A DNA stretch of 64,000 nt from NCBI GenBank assembly GCA_027493375.1, contig JAPVWO010000087.1, positions 2,853 through 66,852 of the forward strand, read 5' to 3'. Source of the DNA: Candidatus Multivorans thiocomprendens. Its GTDB lineage: Bacteria > Acidobacteriota > Thermoanaerobaculia > Multivoradales > Multivoraceae. A model generated the notes under the pieces. It ran no database searches and was not told the DNA's origin. It saw only the letters and a program-made list of their open reading frames with translations. A program made the position numbers and the translations under genes. Position 1 is the stretch's first letter. Each line of letters starts with the position of its first letter. This document shows positions 1-9,212 of the stretch, piece by piece.

Positions 1-682
1 GCGCCTCGCCCGTGAACAGATGCACGAAGTCGGCCCGATGCTCGTGGCGCAGCCGCAGGATCTCGCCGTCCTCAAGCACCGAAGAGGACCCCAACGTGTA
101 CTCCACCAAGCGGCCCCGGTCCCGCCCGGCACGGTCCAGGGCGGCCGACGCCTGCGCGATGTGGACGATGTGCGGCTCCACCGGGAGTGAGTTGTTCCGG
201 AACACCATCTTCATGTAGTCCCCGGCGTGGCGGATGGCGGCCACGGGGTCGACGCCGCGAGCCTTCCAGTTCTCCGCCGCCGTGGCGGTGTAAGCCACCA
301 GGATGTCCAGCCGGTCGTGACTCCGGGGATTGCTCACCGGCGCCGGCGGGGCGCCCGCGGAAGCCCCCGCGAAGGCCCGGGCGGGGCCATGAGCGTGACC
401 CTCATGCGCCTCCTCCGCCATCGAGTCCACGCCGCACCAGCCATCCTCCGGCATACCGAAGATCCCCGCCATGCCGCCCCGGCCGTCCCGCTCCGCGTGG
501 ATCCGGTACCCGCCGAAACGGCCCACCATCCGGCCGCCCTCCACCGTCAACACCACCGTGTCGTAGCCGGCGCCCGGCCGGCCGCCGGACCACATCAGGT
601 CGCCGCCGCCGCGATCCTCGAACACGCTCCGCTCAGCGACGAACACGCTGCCGCCGCTGCCCCTCAACCGCGGAGGTCGCCA
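1..682 (-). CDS. secreted zinc metalloprotease, reprolysin-like (M12B-type), N-terminal part only; gene runs off the left edge
   Basis: Absent from the ORF track because there is no stop in the window. My minus-strand translation (codon first bases at 337, 334 ...) reads ...GGYRIHAERDG...NPRSHDRLDILVAYTATAAENWKARGVDPVAAIRHAGDYMKMVFRNNSLPVEPHIVHIAQ...EDGEILRLRHEHRADFVHLFTGEA. This pattern precedes the HExxH helix in bacterial reprolysin-like peptidases. The frame opens after a TGA at 683-685. The start is unresolved (see finding at 636-764). Confidence 0.45.
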
Positions 683-760
683 TCAGCAACGACAACGCGA
701 CGAAGCCGGCCGGCGGAGCCACCCGGCGATACCCGCCAAGCAGTGAAGCGAAAGCACCCG

Positions 761-3739
761 TCACGGTTCCTCCACCGAGACCGTCAAATCCCCCGTGCCG
801 GACCCGAACCACGCTCCGGGGTCCCGCACCATCCGCCAGGCGAACGTGTAGGCGCCGGGCGTCCGCGGCGCCGTGATCGGGAACTCGAACGAGACCTTCT
901 CGTTCGGCGCCACGCTGCCGAACAGGGGCGCCCGCCGCAGGCCCCAGGTTTCGTTGTCCCGCGGGCTCCGCGAGCCGAGACCGTAGCCCCCGAATGGCGT
1001 CCACGTCGTCGTTCCGGAGTTGGTCACGGTCACCGTCACCGTCGCCGTGCCGCCCACGGCCATCCTCGACGGTAGCCCCAGGACCGACACGACGGCCCCA
1101 TCGTCCCTCGCGACGGCCGGCTCGTCTCTCGCCGCCGCCCGCACCGTGATCGAGAACGATAGGGTCGCGGCATTGCCGTTGGCGTCCGTCGCCGTGTACG
1201 CGTAGCCCGTGGCCGGCCGCGGCGTCGAGGGCGTTCCCCACAGCACGCGCGTCGCCAGGTCGAAACTCAGGCCGGCCGGCAGGGGCGGCGCCAGCCCGTA
1301 GACGAACTCCCCTCCGCCGCCGCTCGCGGCGGGAAACGTCAAGGGCGTCAGGGCCTCGTGCTGAACCCAGGCCTGGTCCGGAATCGCGGCGCCGCCGAAC
1401 GACGGGGCCGCCACCGTGACCGACGCGTCCTCGCTGGAGAACGACACCGTCGCGCCCTCGTCGGGGAACGGGACCGGCGCGGCCTCGCTGGAGGATGGGA
1501 GCGCCGCGTCGGTCGCGGTGAAGGTGTATTCCGTCGTGCCCGGCCCTTCCCTCCGCGTGCCGACGGGATCCGCGTCCACCCGGTCGAGAGGGAGTACGCT
1601 CTTTACCGTGAGACCCTTCCGCGCCGCCTGAACCTCCGGTTCAATGGCCGCTCCGATCGGCCGGCTGGTGTAGTAGGTCAGCACCTGTTGGCGGCGGAGA
1701 TCCTCCTTGATCCGCTCGAACACCCGTCGGACCTGGCCCAGAAACTCCGGCGGAGCAAGCTCCGGGTCGATCCGGAACAGCCGCCCGCCGCTCCGGCGGG
1801 CCTGCCGCCGCATTCGCGAGACGTGGTCGGCGGACCGGGCGGTTCGTATCAACGGCGCGGCGGCGGGGCCTCCATCCGGGTCGCCGCCGTTCGGGAGGGC
1901 GATCCGGTCCCGGCCGAGGTCGATGAGGTAGAGCGGAATGCCGACCCGCTCCGCGAAAATCGCCGCCTGCTCCGGTGCGGATCGGCTGTCGATGTCCACG
2001 CCGTCGGTCACGACGACCAGAGCTCGCCGTCCGGGCTCGTCCCCGTAGAGGATCAGTGAGAAGAGAATGCCGTCGTTCAGGGCCGTGCCGCCATTGGGGA
2101 TCAGCCGGTCCATGCCGGTTCTCAGCGCCCGCGGGCTGCCCGTGGGTCGCTGGAGGAGGCGCACGCTCTCGTCGAAGTCGACCAGGAACGCCCTGTCGTC
2201 GGTCCCCAGGGAAGTCTCCAGGAAGGTCCCCGCCACCGATCTGAGTTGACCCCAGATCGGTCTCATGCTCGCGGAGGAATCGATCGCCATGCCCAGGAGC
2301 AACGGCACTTCGCCGGCTTGCCGGACATTCTCGACCGTCTTCCACTCGCCGTCTTCGACGATTCGAAAGTCGGCGGACGTCAGTCCGTCGACCGGAGAGC
2401 CGCCTTCATCCACCACGAGGACCTGCAAGTGAACGAGCTGGACATCGATCTCTCCCTTGAACGTGACGCCTTCGATGAGTTGAGCGTCCTCCAGTTCGCG
2501 GCCGTCCGCGAGCGCGGCGACGACCCGTACATAGTCGTTCGGCGACAGGCCGGGCGTGGACAGGCTTCCGCTGACTGTTCCGAAGCCACCCCCGGCGCCG
2601 CGTTGCGGCGGGACCTCGCTCGCGGCGAAGCTCTCGTTGCGGTAGAAGTCGACCCGTTCCAGGACGGCGCCGCGAGGGACCGCGACGCGGGTCTCCACCT
2701 GAACCGAGGCGCCGTCGGGTTCGCTCGTCGTGACGGCCTCGATCCGGATCCCGAAGGGGGGATCGATGCGATTCAGGACGAGGCTGTCCCCGCCCATGAA
2801 AGCGCCGCGAACGCTGTAGGCGCGGGCCTCCAGAATCTGCTCGCGAGGCGGCTCGGCGAGGTCGATACGGGAGCGAAAGGGGAGCTTACGCGCGCGCCCG
2901 ACCCGTCGACCGTCGAGCAGGAAATCCACGCTGCCGATGGACCGGTCGACAGTCAGGGTCTCGACCTCGATGCCGCCCCCGAGCAGTTCCCGCCGACTGC
3001 CCCGGGGAGGAACGATGAGTATCGTCGCGGGCCGGACGAACCTGCCGGCGCCGCCGGCGGCGGAGACCGCCCCGGGAGACCCGTCGCCGTCCCACTCGTA
3101 GACCGTGAGAAACCTGAGATTCGGGAATGAGGCGCTCTGGATCTCGATGACCCGGTGCAGTTCGCCGGCCTGCCGATAGAAGGTCTCGATCAGGAGCCAG
3201 TCCGGTCGCGCCGTTTCGATCTCGAGCGCGCCGGGGAGGATCAACGCGCGGTGACGATTTCCGTACTGATCGGTGACGGTCGAGCCGTCCGTCGGCAGCG
3301 CGAGTGTCTCGAAGCGCGCGTTCCGGACGTGAACATGACCGTCGGCGGCGTGAAGCCGCAGCTTGCCCAAGCGTTCGGCAAGGCTCGCCGACAACCCCGT
3401 CAGGACGGCGGACGCGCGATCCGGCTCGCGCCAGAGGCCGGCCGTCTTCCGAATCGGATCTTCACTGATTCTCTCGTTCCGTCTCCATTCACCCTCGAGT
3501 GCGGCGATGGACGATGTTGGCGTCCCGGCCTGGCCCTGGACCGGCGCGGGCCGCGCGGACTCACCGCGAGGGTCGACGGACGGTGACGCGAGGACCGCGA
3601 AGACCACGAGAACAGGGGCGGCGAGCAGACTCGATCCGGCCGATCGTTCGCTCCTGGAGCGCGTCGCGCCCTCGCCTTCCGCTCCCGCCGCCGTCGCCAT
3701 TGGCCCTCCCGGGGATCGACCCGTCCCGCGCGGGGGCAA
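761..3739 (-). CDS. large exported VWA-domain protein (VWFA-related) with C-terminal Ig-like/beta-sandwich region
   Basis: 992-aa ORF. MIDAS-type motifs AIDSSASM ... GGTALNDG ... VVVTDGVDIDS. N-terminal hydrophobic segment LLAAPVLVVFAVLASP. C-terminal FSITV / TVTVTVTN beta-sandwich-like stretches. The true start may be the internal Met near 3700. Confidence 0.75.
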   Translation of the reverse strand: MPPRGTGRSPGGPMATAAGAEGEGATRSRSERSAGSSLLAAPVLVVFAVLASPSVDPRGESARPAPVQGQAGTPTSSIAALEGEWRRNERISEDPIRKTAGLWREPDRASAVLTGLSASLAERLGKLRLHAADGHVHVRNARFETLALPTDGSTVTDQYGNRHRALILPGALEIETARPDWLLIETFYRQAGELHRVIEIQSASFPNLRFLTVYEWDGDGSPGAVSAAGGAGRFVRPATILIVPPRGSRRELLGGGIEVETLTVDRSIGSVDFLLDGRRVGRARKLPFRSRIDLAEPPREQILEARAYSVRGAFMGGDSLVLNRIDPPFGIRIEAVTTSEPDGASVQVETRVAVPRGAVLERVDFYRNESFAASEVPPQRGAGGGFGTVSGSLSTPGLSPNDYVRVVAALADGRELEDAQLIEGVTFKGEIDVQLVHLQVLVVDEGGSPVDGLTSADFRIVEDGEWKTVENVRQAGEVPLLLGMAIDSSASMRPIWGQLRSVAGTFLETSLGTDDRAFLVDFDESVRLLQRPTGSPRALRTGMDRLIPNGGTALNDGILFSLILYGDEPGRRALVVVTDGVDIDSRSAPEQAAIFAERVGIPLYLIDLGRDRIALPNGGDPDGGPAAAPLIRTARSADHVSRMRRQARRSGGRLFRIDPELAPPEFLGQVRRVFERIKEDLRRQQVLTYYTSRPIGAAIEPEVQAARKGLTVKSVLPLDRVDADPVGTRREGPGTTEYTFTATDAALPSSSEAAPVPFPDEGATVSFSSEDASVTVAAPSFGGAAIPDQAWVQHEALTPLTFPAASGGGGEFVYGLAPPLPAGLSFDLATRVLWGTPSTPRPATGYAYTATDANGNAATLSFSITVRAAARDEPAVARDDGAVVSVLGLPSRMAVGGTATVTVTVTNSGTTTWTPFGGYGLGSRSPRDNETWGLRRAPLFGSVAPNEKVSFEFPITAPRTPGAYTFAWRMVRDPGAWFGSGTGDLTVSVEEP

Positions 3740-3773
3740 TCGCGGCGACCGAGCAACCAGCGGCTACCCTACA

Positions 3774-4565
3774 TCACCTCTCGCCGGAGAGCGCCTCCAG
3801 CCCCGGATGGCCGACGACGGCGAAGCCGAACGACTCGATCGTCCTCCGTGCCCGGTAACTCCCCAGGAAGAGGTGGAACTCCCGGGCGGCCGGGTTCTCT
3901 CCGCCGCGGTCGAGCAGAACGGCGTCCTGACGGATCGGCGCGTGGAGATGCTCTGGAATCTCCCAGCAGCTCCCCTCACGGCCGTTGCGCGGATCGATGA
4001 CGGAGGAGAGCGCCACGAGGCCCAGTTCCGCGTTGCCGGACGCGGCCATGGTGAAGCTCTGACCCACGTTCTCTCCCACGACGATCTTCGAGCGGAGACT
4101 CTCCCACAGGCCGAGCTCGCGCAGAGTGGCCCGGGCGGCGGCGCCGTAGGGCGCGAGATCCGGATTCGCGATCGCGAGCCAGCGAAACGAGCCCCCGCGC
4201 AGCGTCTCGGCGGAAGCTTCAAGCGTCGGATCCGAACTCCACAGCACCAAGCGGCCGATTGCATAAGTCCGCCGGGAGTCCGCAACGGCCAGGCCCCGCT
4301 CCAGCAACAACCGCGGACGTTCCTGGTCCGCCGCGAGGAAGACGTCGAAGGGCGCGCCGTGGAGGATCTGGGCGTAGAGCTTGCCCGTCGAGCCGACGGT
4401 GACCGTGACGCGATGACCGGTCCGCTGCTCGAAGTCGGCCGCCAGCGCCTCTGCCGCTTCGGCCGCGTTCGCCGCCACCGCAACGGTGACCTCTCCGGCG
4501 GAGGCTCCCGCCGCCGCCAGGAGCAGCGCCGGCGCGAGAGCCGCCAAACCTGTCGCGGGCTTCAT
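3774..4565 (-). CDS. modA: molybdate ABC transporter substrate-binding protein
   Basis: GSTGKLYAQILHGAPFDVFLAADQ and LAIANPDLAPYGAAA motifs typical of ModA. Signal peptide MKPATGLAALAPALLLAAAGASA begins at the internal ATG (cat at 4563-4565). The ORF-track start at 4637 is probably too long. Confidence 0.85.
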   Translation of the reverse strand: MKPATGLAALAPALLLAAAGASAGEVTVAVAANAAEAAEALAADFEQRTGHRVTVTVGSTGKLYAQILHGAPFDVFLAADQERPRLLLERGLAVADSRRTYAIGRLVLWSSDPTLEASAETLRGGSFRWLAIANPDLAPYGAAARATLRELGLWESLRSKIVVGENVGQSFTMAASGNAELGLVALSSVIDPRNGREGSCWEIPEHLHAPIRQDAVLLDRGGENPAAREFHLFLGSYRARRTIESFGFAVVGHPGLEALSGER

Positions 4566-4659
4566 GTTTGGCCCCAGCCCCCACCTCGCCGTGAGCTTGC
4601 GCCGCACAACTTGCTCCCGCTGCGTTTCGCGGCGCAAGCTCCCGGCCGAAGAACTCGCC

Positions 4660-6447
4660 TCAAACGGCGACCGCCCGCGCCGTCCGCCGCGGGTCGCCGC
4701 AGGCGACGGCGCCGTCCTCCTCGATCAGGACGCCCTCGAACGAGCCGCAGAGCCAGTTCCAGGGATTGACCACTTCGACGGTCGCGCCCGCGTCTTCCAG
4801 CCGGCCGACCGGATCGCCGGCCAGATCGGCCTCGACGATCAGCGCGCCCGGCACGCTCATCGACGAGCCGCCGAACCGCGGTTTGTGGACCGAACTCTCG
4901 AGGTCCAGGCCGAAGTCCAGCAGGTTCGTCGTGTTCTGGACGATGTTCTCGGTAAGCGAGACGCTCGGCGAACCCGACGCGAGCACGGGTTTGCCGTCGC
5001 GCGTGAACATGTTCGGGCAGATGCGCGCGTGCGCCCGTCCGCCCGGTTCGACCGGACCGGAGCCGAGGTGGACGCCGGAGGCGCAGGCGTAGACGCCGTC
5101 GACGTAGATTCCGGTCCGGAACGGCATCGACATGACCGAGTGCAGCACGGTGGCGACGTTGCCCGCGGCGTCGACCACCGTGACGTGGTTCGAGCCCGGT
5201 GGAGGCGGCGGCGCCACGCCCAGCGCCTCGTAGCGGTCGTTGGGGCTGGCCGGTCTCCCTTCGAGCGCGGCGAACCGCTCCGCCGCGTACTCCTTGGAGA
5301 TTGCCCGCTCCACGCCGGGCAGCGTGCCGTCGAAGCGGCCGCCCACCGCGTCGGCGTAGACCCGGCCGATGATCTGCATCATCCTGAGCGTCGTCTCGCC
5401 GGACTCGAACGCGGGGCCCGCCTGCTGGAGGTCGAGCAGCTCGACCATGTTCATGATCTCGACCAGGGCCTGGCCGCCGAAGTCCGGCGCCGGCGAACCG
5501 ACGACGCCGTAGTCGCGGTAGGTGCCCTGCACCGGCTCGTCCCAGAACGCCTCGTAGGCCGCCATGTCGTCGGCGGTGATCAGGCCGCCCCTGGCCTGGA
5601 CCGTCTCGGCGTACCGGCGGCCGAACTCGCCCCGGTAGAAGTGGTCGCCGCCGTCTTCGGCGAGCCGGTCCAGCGTGTCGGCCAGTTCGCTCTGCACCAG
5701 CTTGTCGCCGATGTCGCGCAGCGTGCCGCCGTCGAAGTAGATCTCCCGGCTGAAGGGCTCCCGGCCCAGCACCGCGGACTCGACGAACATCTCGCCCCAC
5801 AGAAACGGGTGGATCTCGAAGCCGTCGCGAGCGTAGTGGATGGCCGGGGCCATCACGGTGGCCCGCGGCAGCAGCCCGTGGCGCTCGAGTCCCGCCTCGA
5901 AACCGCCCCAGAACCCCGGCACGAAGCAGAGCGTGCCGTCCGTCTTCGTCATCAGCGCCCCGAACTCGGCCACGTCCATGTTCCGTACGTCCGGTACCGC
6001 CTGGGGCGCCGCCATCATGCCGTTGACGTAGGTGTACTCGCCGGAAGCGGCGTCGTAGTAGAGCATCGACAGGCAGCCCGACAGGGTCGTCATGTGCGGC
6101 TCGACGACGGCCTGGGCGATGCTGGCGGCCAGCACCCCGTCGCAGGCGTTGCCGCCCAGGGCGAGCATGTCGGCCGCGGCGGCGGACGCCAGCGGATGCG
6201 TGCAGATCGCGATGCCGTTGGCGCTCCGGACGGCCTGCTTCGGGCCGAACCGTGCCGTCCCCACCAGGGCCCGCCGCGCCTCGTCATCCGGCGGCGTCCA
6301 GCCGTTGACGGCGGCGGGGGCGGAACCCCCGGGCTCCGAGCCCGGAGCACAGCCGATCGCCATCGCCGCGCCGCCGGCCGCGGCGGCGAGCAGGGTCCGG
6401 CGATTCAGAGTCAGGTCCGCCCCCTCAACGAGTCCTCTTCCCATCAC
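4660..6447 (-). CDS. gamma-glutamyltransferase family protein, Tat-exported
   Basis: 595 aa. Twin-arginine-like NRRTLLAAAAGGAAMA signal. GGT-family blocks SNHVTVVDAAGNVATVLHS (autoprocessing region) and SGSPSVSLTENIVQNTTNLLDFGLDLESSVHKPRFGG. Confidence 0.8.
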   Translation of the reverse strand: MMGRGLVEGADLTLNRRTLLAAAAGGAAMAIGCAPGSEPGGSAPAAVNGWTPPDDEARRALVGTARFGPKQAVRSANGIAICTHPLASAAAADMLALGGNACDGVLAASIAQAVVEPHMTTLSGCLSMLYYDAASGEYTYVNGMMAAPQAVPDVRNMDVAEFGALMTKTDGTLCFVPGFWGGFEAGLERHGLLPRATVMAPAIHYARDGFEIHPFLWGEMFVESAVLGREPFSREIYFDGGTLRDIGDKLVQSELADTLDRLAEDGGDHFYRGEFGRRYAETVQARGGLITADDMAAYEAFWDEPVQGTYRDYGVVGSPAPDFGGQALVEIMNMVELLDLQQAGPAFESGETTLRMMQIIGRVYADAVGGRFDGTLPGVERAISKEYAAERFAALEGRPASPNDRYEALGVAPPPPPGSNHVTVVDAAGNVATVLHSVMSMPFRTGIYVDGVYACASGVHLGSGPVEPGGRAHARICPNMFTRDGKPVLASGSPSVSLTENIVQNTTNLLDFGLDLESSVHKPRFGGSSMSVPGALIVEADLAGDPVGRLEDAGATVEVVNPWNWLCGSFEGVLIEEDGAVACGDPRRTARAVAV

Positions 6448-6527
6448 AGCCTCCCCTCGCGCAGGTACGCGGAGAGGTTACCGCGTAAGATGCCCCACCC
6501 GTTCCACGAACAAGGAGAGTTCGAGCA

Positions 6528-7301
6528 ATGACCGAGCCGGTTCTTCTCGTCGACAAGTCCGATGGCATCGCCACCCTTACCCTGAACCGTCCCGGGGTGC
6601 TGAACGCCCTCTCCGAGGAGCTGCGCAACGACCTCGCCGGAGCGATCGAGGATCTGCGCGGAGACGACGAAGTCGGCGTCGTCATCCTGACCGGCGCCGG
6701 CCGCGCCTTCTGCGCCGGCCTCGACCTGAAGGAGATGAGCGATCCGGACCGCAAGCGCAGGGCGATCGCCGATCCGCCGAAGCTGCTCCGCTCGCTCCAC
6801 CAGCCCGTGATCGGCGCGATCAACGGCATCGCGGTCACCGGCGGCTTCGAGATCGCGCTTTCCTGCGACATCCTGATCGCCGCCCCGGAGGCGCGCTTCG
6901 CCGACACCCACGCCCGGGTCGGCCTGCTCTCCGGCTGGGGTCTCTCCGCGCGCCTGTCGCGGGCCATCGGTCCCGGCCGGGCCAAGGAACTTTCGTTGAC
7001 CGGCAACTACCTCTCCGCCGAGCGCGCCCGCGAATGGGGCCTGGTCAACCGGATCGTGCCGCGCAACGAGCTGCTCCCCACCTGCCGCGCCCTGGCGACC
7101 GACATGCTCACCTGTCAGCGCGACGTGATGTTCCAGTACAAGCGGATGATCGACCGCGGCTTCGACCTGACCCTCGGCGACGCGATGGACTACGAAGTCG
7201 AGGTCAACCGCATGTACCGGGGCCCCAAACCCGAAGAAGTCGGCGAACGGCTCGCCGGCATCCGCGCCCGCGGCCGCGCCCAGGCCGAAGGCGCCCGCTA
7301 G
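6528..7301 (+). CDS. enoyl-CoA hydratase/isomerase (crotonase) family protein
   Basis: 257 aa. ATLTLNRPGVLNAL, VVILTGAGRAFCAGLDLKE and INGIAVTGGFEIALSCD are the crotonase oxyanion-hole blocks. GGAG-type RBS upstream of the ATG. Confidence 0.9.
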   Translation: MTEPVLLVDKSDGIATLTLNRPGVLNALSEELRNDLAGAIEDLRGDDEVGVVILTGAGRAFCAGLDLKEMSDPDRKRRAIADPPKLLRSLHQPVIGAINGIAVTGGFEIALSCDILIAAPEARFADTHARVGLLSGWGLSARLSRAIGPGRAKELSLTGNYLSAERAREWGLVNRIVPRNELLPTCRALATDMLTCQRDVMFQYKRMIDRGFDLTLGDAMDYEVEVNRMYRGPKPEEVGERLAGIRARGRAQAEGAR

Positions 7302-7312
7302 TCGCACACCCG

Positions 7313-7486
7313 CCCGGGAGGGGCCAGCGGGGCTTGGCTCCCTCAGCCGTTCGCGCTCTTTCGGAAGATGGGAGGGCGGCGCTCACTCCATTCCGCTCGC
7401 TCCGGTTCGTCGTCGGTTCCTGGAGCGGCATCGGGAGTCGCTCGCTCCAAGTCCGCTGGAGCCAAGCCCCGCTGACCCCTCCCGGG
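7313..7486. repeat. MITE-like inverted-repeat element, copy 1 (~174 bp)
   Basis: Terminal inverted repeats cccgggaggggccagcggggcttggctcc ... ggagccaagccccgctgacccctcccggg. The interior is the reverse complement of the 9004-9176 copy with few mismatches. Lies between the convergent 3' ends of the crotonase and sulfatase genes. Confidence 0.85.
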
Positions 7487-7511
7487 CTGGTCGGCGTCGG
7501 ACTGCATTGGT

Positions 7512-9212
7512 CTAACCGCCGAAGTACTTCTCCACGATCCAGTCGGGTTGCCAGCGGTCGGGTTCGCGTTCGGTGCCGGTGAGGTCGCGGTGTAGCGGGG
7601 CCGGATCGGAGACGGACAGGGGCACAGTGTCGCCCAAGGCGGTCCGCCAGCCTTGGAGGAGAGCTTCGAGGCGGGAAGCGGTTTCCTTGTGGTCAGGATC
7701 GGCGATGAGATTCGTCAGTTCGTCCGGGTCTTCGGCGAGATCGAACAACTGGCGGTGGTTGACGTTGGGGTACACGATCAGCTTGAAGCGGTCGTCGCGC
7801 ACCGCGCGCATGACGTCCCTGTAGGGCAAGAACACGCTCTGCCGCCAAGTGGGATCGCCGCCGGACCAGAGGGGCGCCAGGTCCCGGCCGTCGATGCCGG
7901 GCGGCATCTCGACGCCACCGGCGGTGAGCAGGGTCGGGAAGAGGTCGTACAGATAGGTAAACGCGTCGGTCGTGCCGTGCGGGATGTCCGGGCCGCGGAT
8001 GATCAGCGGGCAGCGCATGGAGTGTTCGTAGAGGTTCTGCTTGCCCAGGAGGCCGTGGCTGCCGACCGAAAGCCCGTGGTCGGCGGCGTATACGACGATC
8101 GTGTTCTCCGCCTGACCGTTCCCGTCCAGGGCGCCGAGGATCCGGCCCACCTGTTCGTCGAGGTGGGTGATCAGGCCGTAGTACTCGGCGAGCTGGTCGC
8201 GGATCACGTCCTCGGTCCGCGGCCACGCTGCCAGGTTCTCGTCGCGGAGGATGAGGGCGCCGTTGTCGAACGGGTGTTGCGGCTTGTAGTTGGCGGGCAG
8301 CGGCAGGTTGCGGTCGTAGTAGCGCTCGCGGTACTCGGACGGCGGCTGGCGGGGATCGTGCGGCGCCGTGAAGGGCACGTAGGCGAAGAACGGCTGCTCC
8401 GGTTCGCCGCTCGCCTCCGCCGCGGCCCGCTCGTCGAGGAACTCGATGACCGCATCCGCGAAGAGCTCGCTGGAGAACCTCTCCCCCACCCGCCGGCGCA
8501 CCATGCCGCCGTTCTCTATGTCCTGCACCTCGGTCTGGGTGTGATCCGCCATGCCGCCCAGGTAGATCGCCGTGCCCCGGTCGAAGGCGCGCAGCAGCGC
8601 CTCCTCGCCGTTGTGCCACTTGCCGGTGATGAAGGTCCGGTAGCCCTCCGACTCGAGCAACCGGGGCAGGGTCGGCACGCCCTCCATCCTGTTCGGCGAG
8701 CGCATCCAGCTTCGTCCGGTCAGCACCATCGCCCGGCTGGGGACGCAGACGGCGCCGCTGTTCGAGCCGAAGACGTAGTTGCGCCGGAAGCTCCAGCCCT
8801 CGGCCACCAGGCGATCCAGGTTCGGGGTGTCGATCAGGTCGTTGCCCCAGGCGCCGATCGTGTCGGCGCGCTGGTCGTCGGCGAACAGGAACAGGATGTT
8901 CGGCCGCGGCGGCGGCTCGGGATCGCCGGCGGCCTCGTCGGCCGCTGGTGGCGCGCAGGCGAGCAGCGCCAGGACGGTGGCGGCGATCGCCGACGCCGTC
9001 CAGCCCGGGAGTGGCCAGCGGGGCTTGGCTCCAGCGGACTTGGAGCGAGCGACTCCCGATGCCCCCCGGTATCCGACGACCGACCGAAGCGAGCGAAATG
9101 GAGCGAGCGCCGTCACCCCATTCTCCGAGAGAGCGTGAGCGGCCGCTGGAGCCAAGCCCCGCTGGCCACTCCCGGGCAGCCTACAAGCCCGTCGACTAGC
9201 GGGCACGTTCAC
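7512..9212 (-). CDS. sulfatase (formylglycine-dependent arylsulfatase family), exported
   Basis: LFLFADDQRADTIG and CVPSRAMVLTGR (C-x-P-x-R FGly motif). Lipoprotein-like signal AIAATVLALLACAPP. The first ~70 codons of the listed ORF (GTG at 9212) read straight through MITE copy 2, so the true start is uncertain. Confidence 0.85.
   Translation of the reverse strand: MNVPASRRACRLPGSGQRGLAPAAAHALSENGVTALAPFRSLRSVVGYRGASGVARSKSAGAKPRWPLPGWTASAIAATVLALLACAPPAADEAAGDPEPPPRPNILFLFADDQRADTIGAWGNDLIDTPNLDRLVAEGWSFRRNYVFGSNSGAVCVPSRAMVLTGRSWMRSPNRMEGVPTLPRLLESEGYRTFITGKWHNGEEALLRAFDRGTAIYLGGMADHTQTEVQDIENGGMVRRRVGERFSSELFADAVIEFLDERAAAEASGEPEQPFFAYVPFTAPHDPRQPPSEYRERYYDRNLPLPANYKPQHPFDNGALILRDENLAAWPRTEDVIRDQLAEYYGLITHLDEQVGRILGALDGNGQAENTIVVYAADHGLSVGSHGLLGKQNLYEHSMRCPLIIRGPDIPHGTTDAFTYLYDLFPTLLTAGGVEMPPGIDGRDLAPLWSGGDPTWRQSVFLPYRDVMRAVRDDRFKLIVYPNVNHRQLFDLAEDPDELTNLIADPDHKETASRLEALLQGWRTALGDTVPLSVSDPAPLHRDLTGTEREPDRWQPDWIVEKYFGG
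9004..9176. repeat. MITE-like inverted-repeat element, copy 2 (~173 bp), inverted relative to copy 1
   Basis: TIRs cccgggagtggccagcggggcttggctcc ... ggagccaagccccgctggccactcccggg. The interior matches the reverse complement of 7313-7486. Sits in the 5' end of the sulfatase ORF. Confidence 0.85.

Noticed and set aside
6466-6487. 7-bp perfect inverted repeat tacgcgg-n8-ccgcgta in the GGT/crotonase divergent spacer
   Set aside because: It is short, occurs once, and no regulator gene is adjacent. It could be a chance palindrome in GC-rich DNA.
9176-9212. GTG at 9212 (GTGA overlap with the ATPase stop) as proof that the long sulfatase ORF is the real gene
   Set aside because: An open frame through a 174-nt GC-rich element is expected by chance, and 4-nt overlaps are frequent here. 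This is treated as unresolved rather than as evidence.
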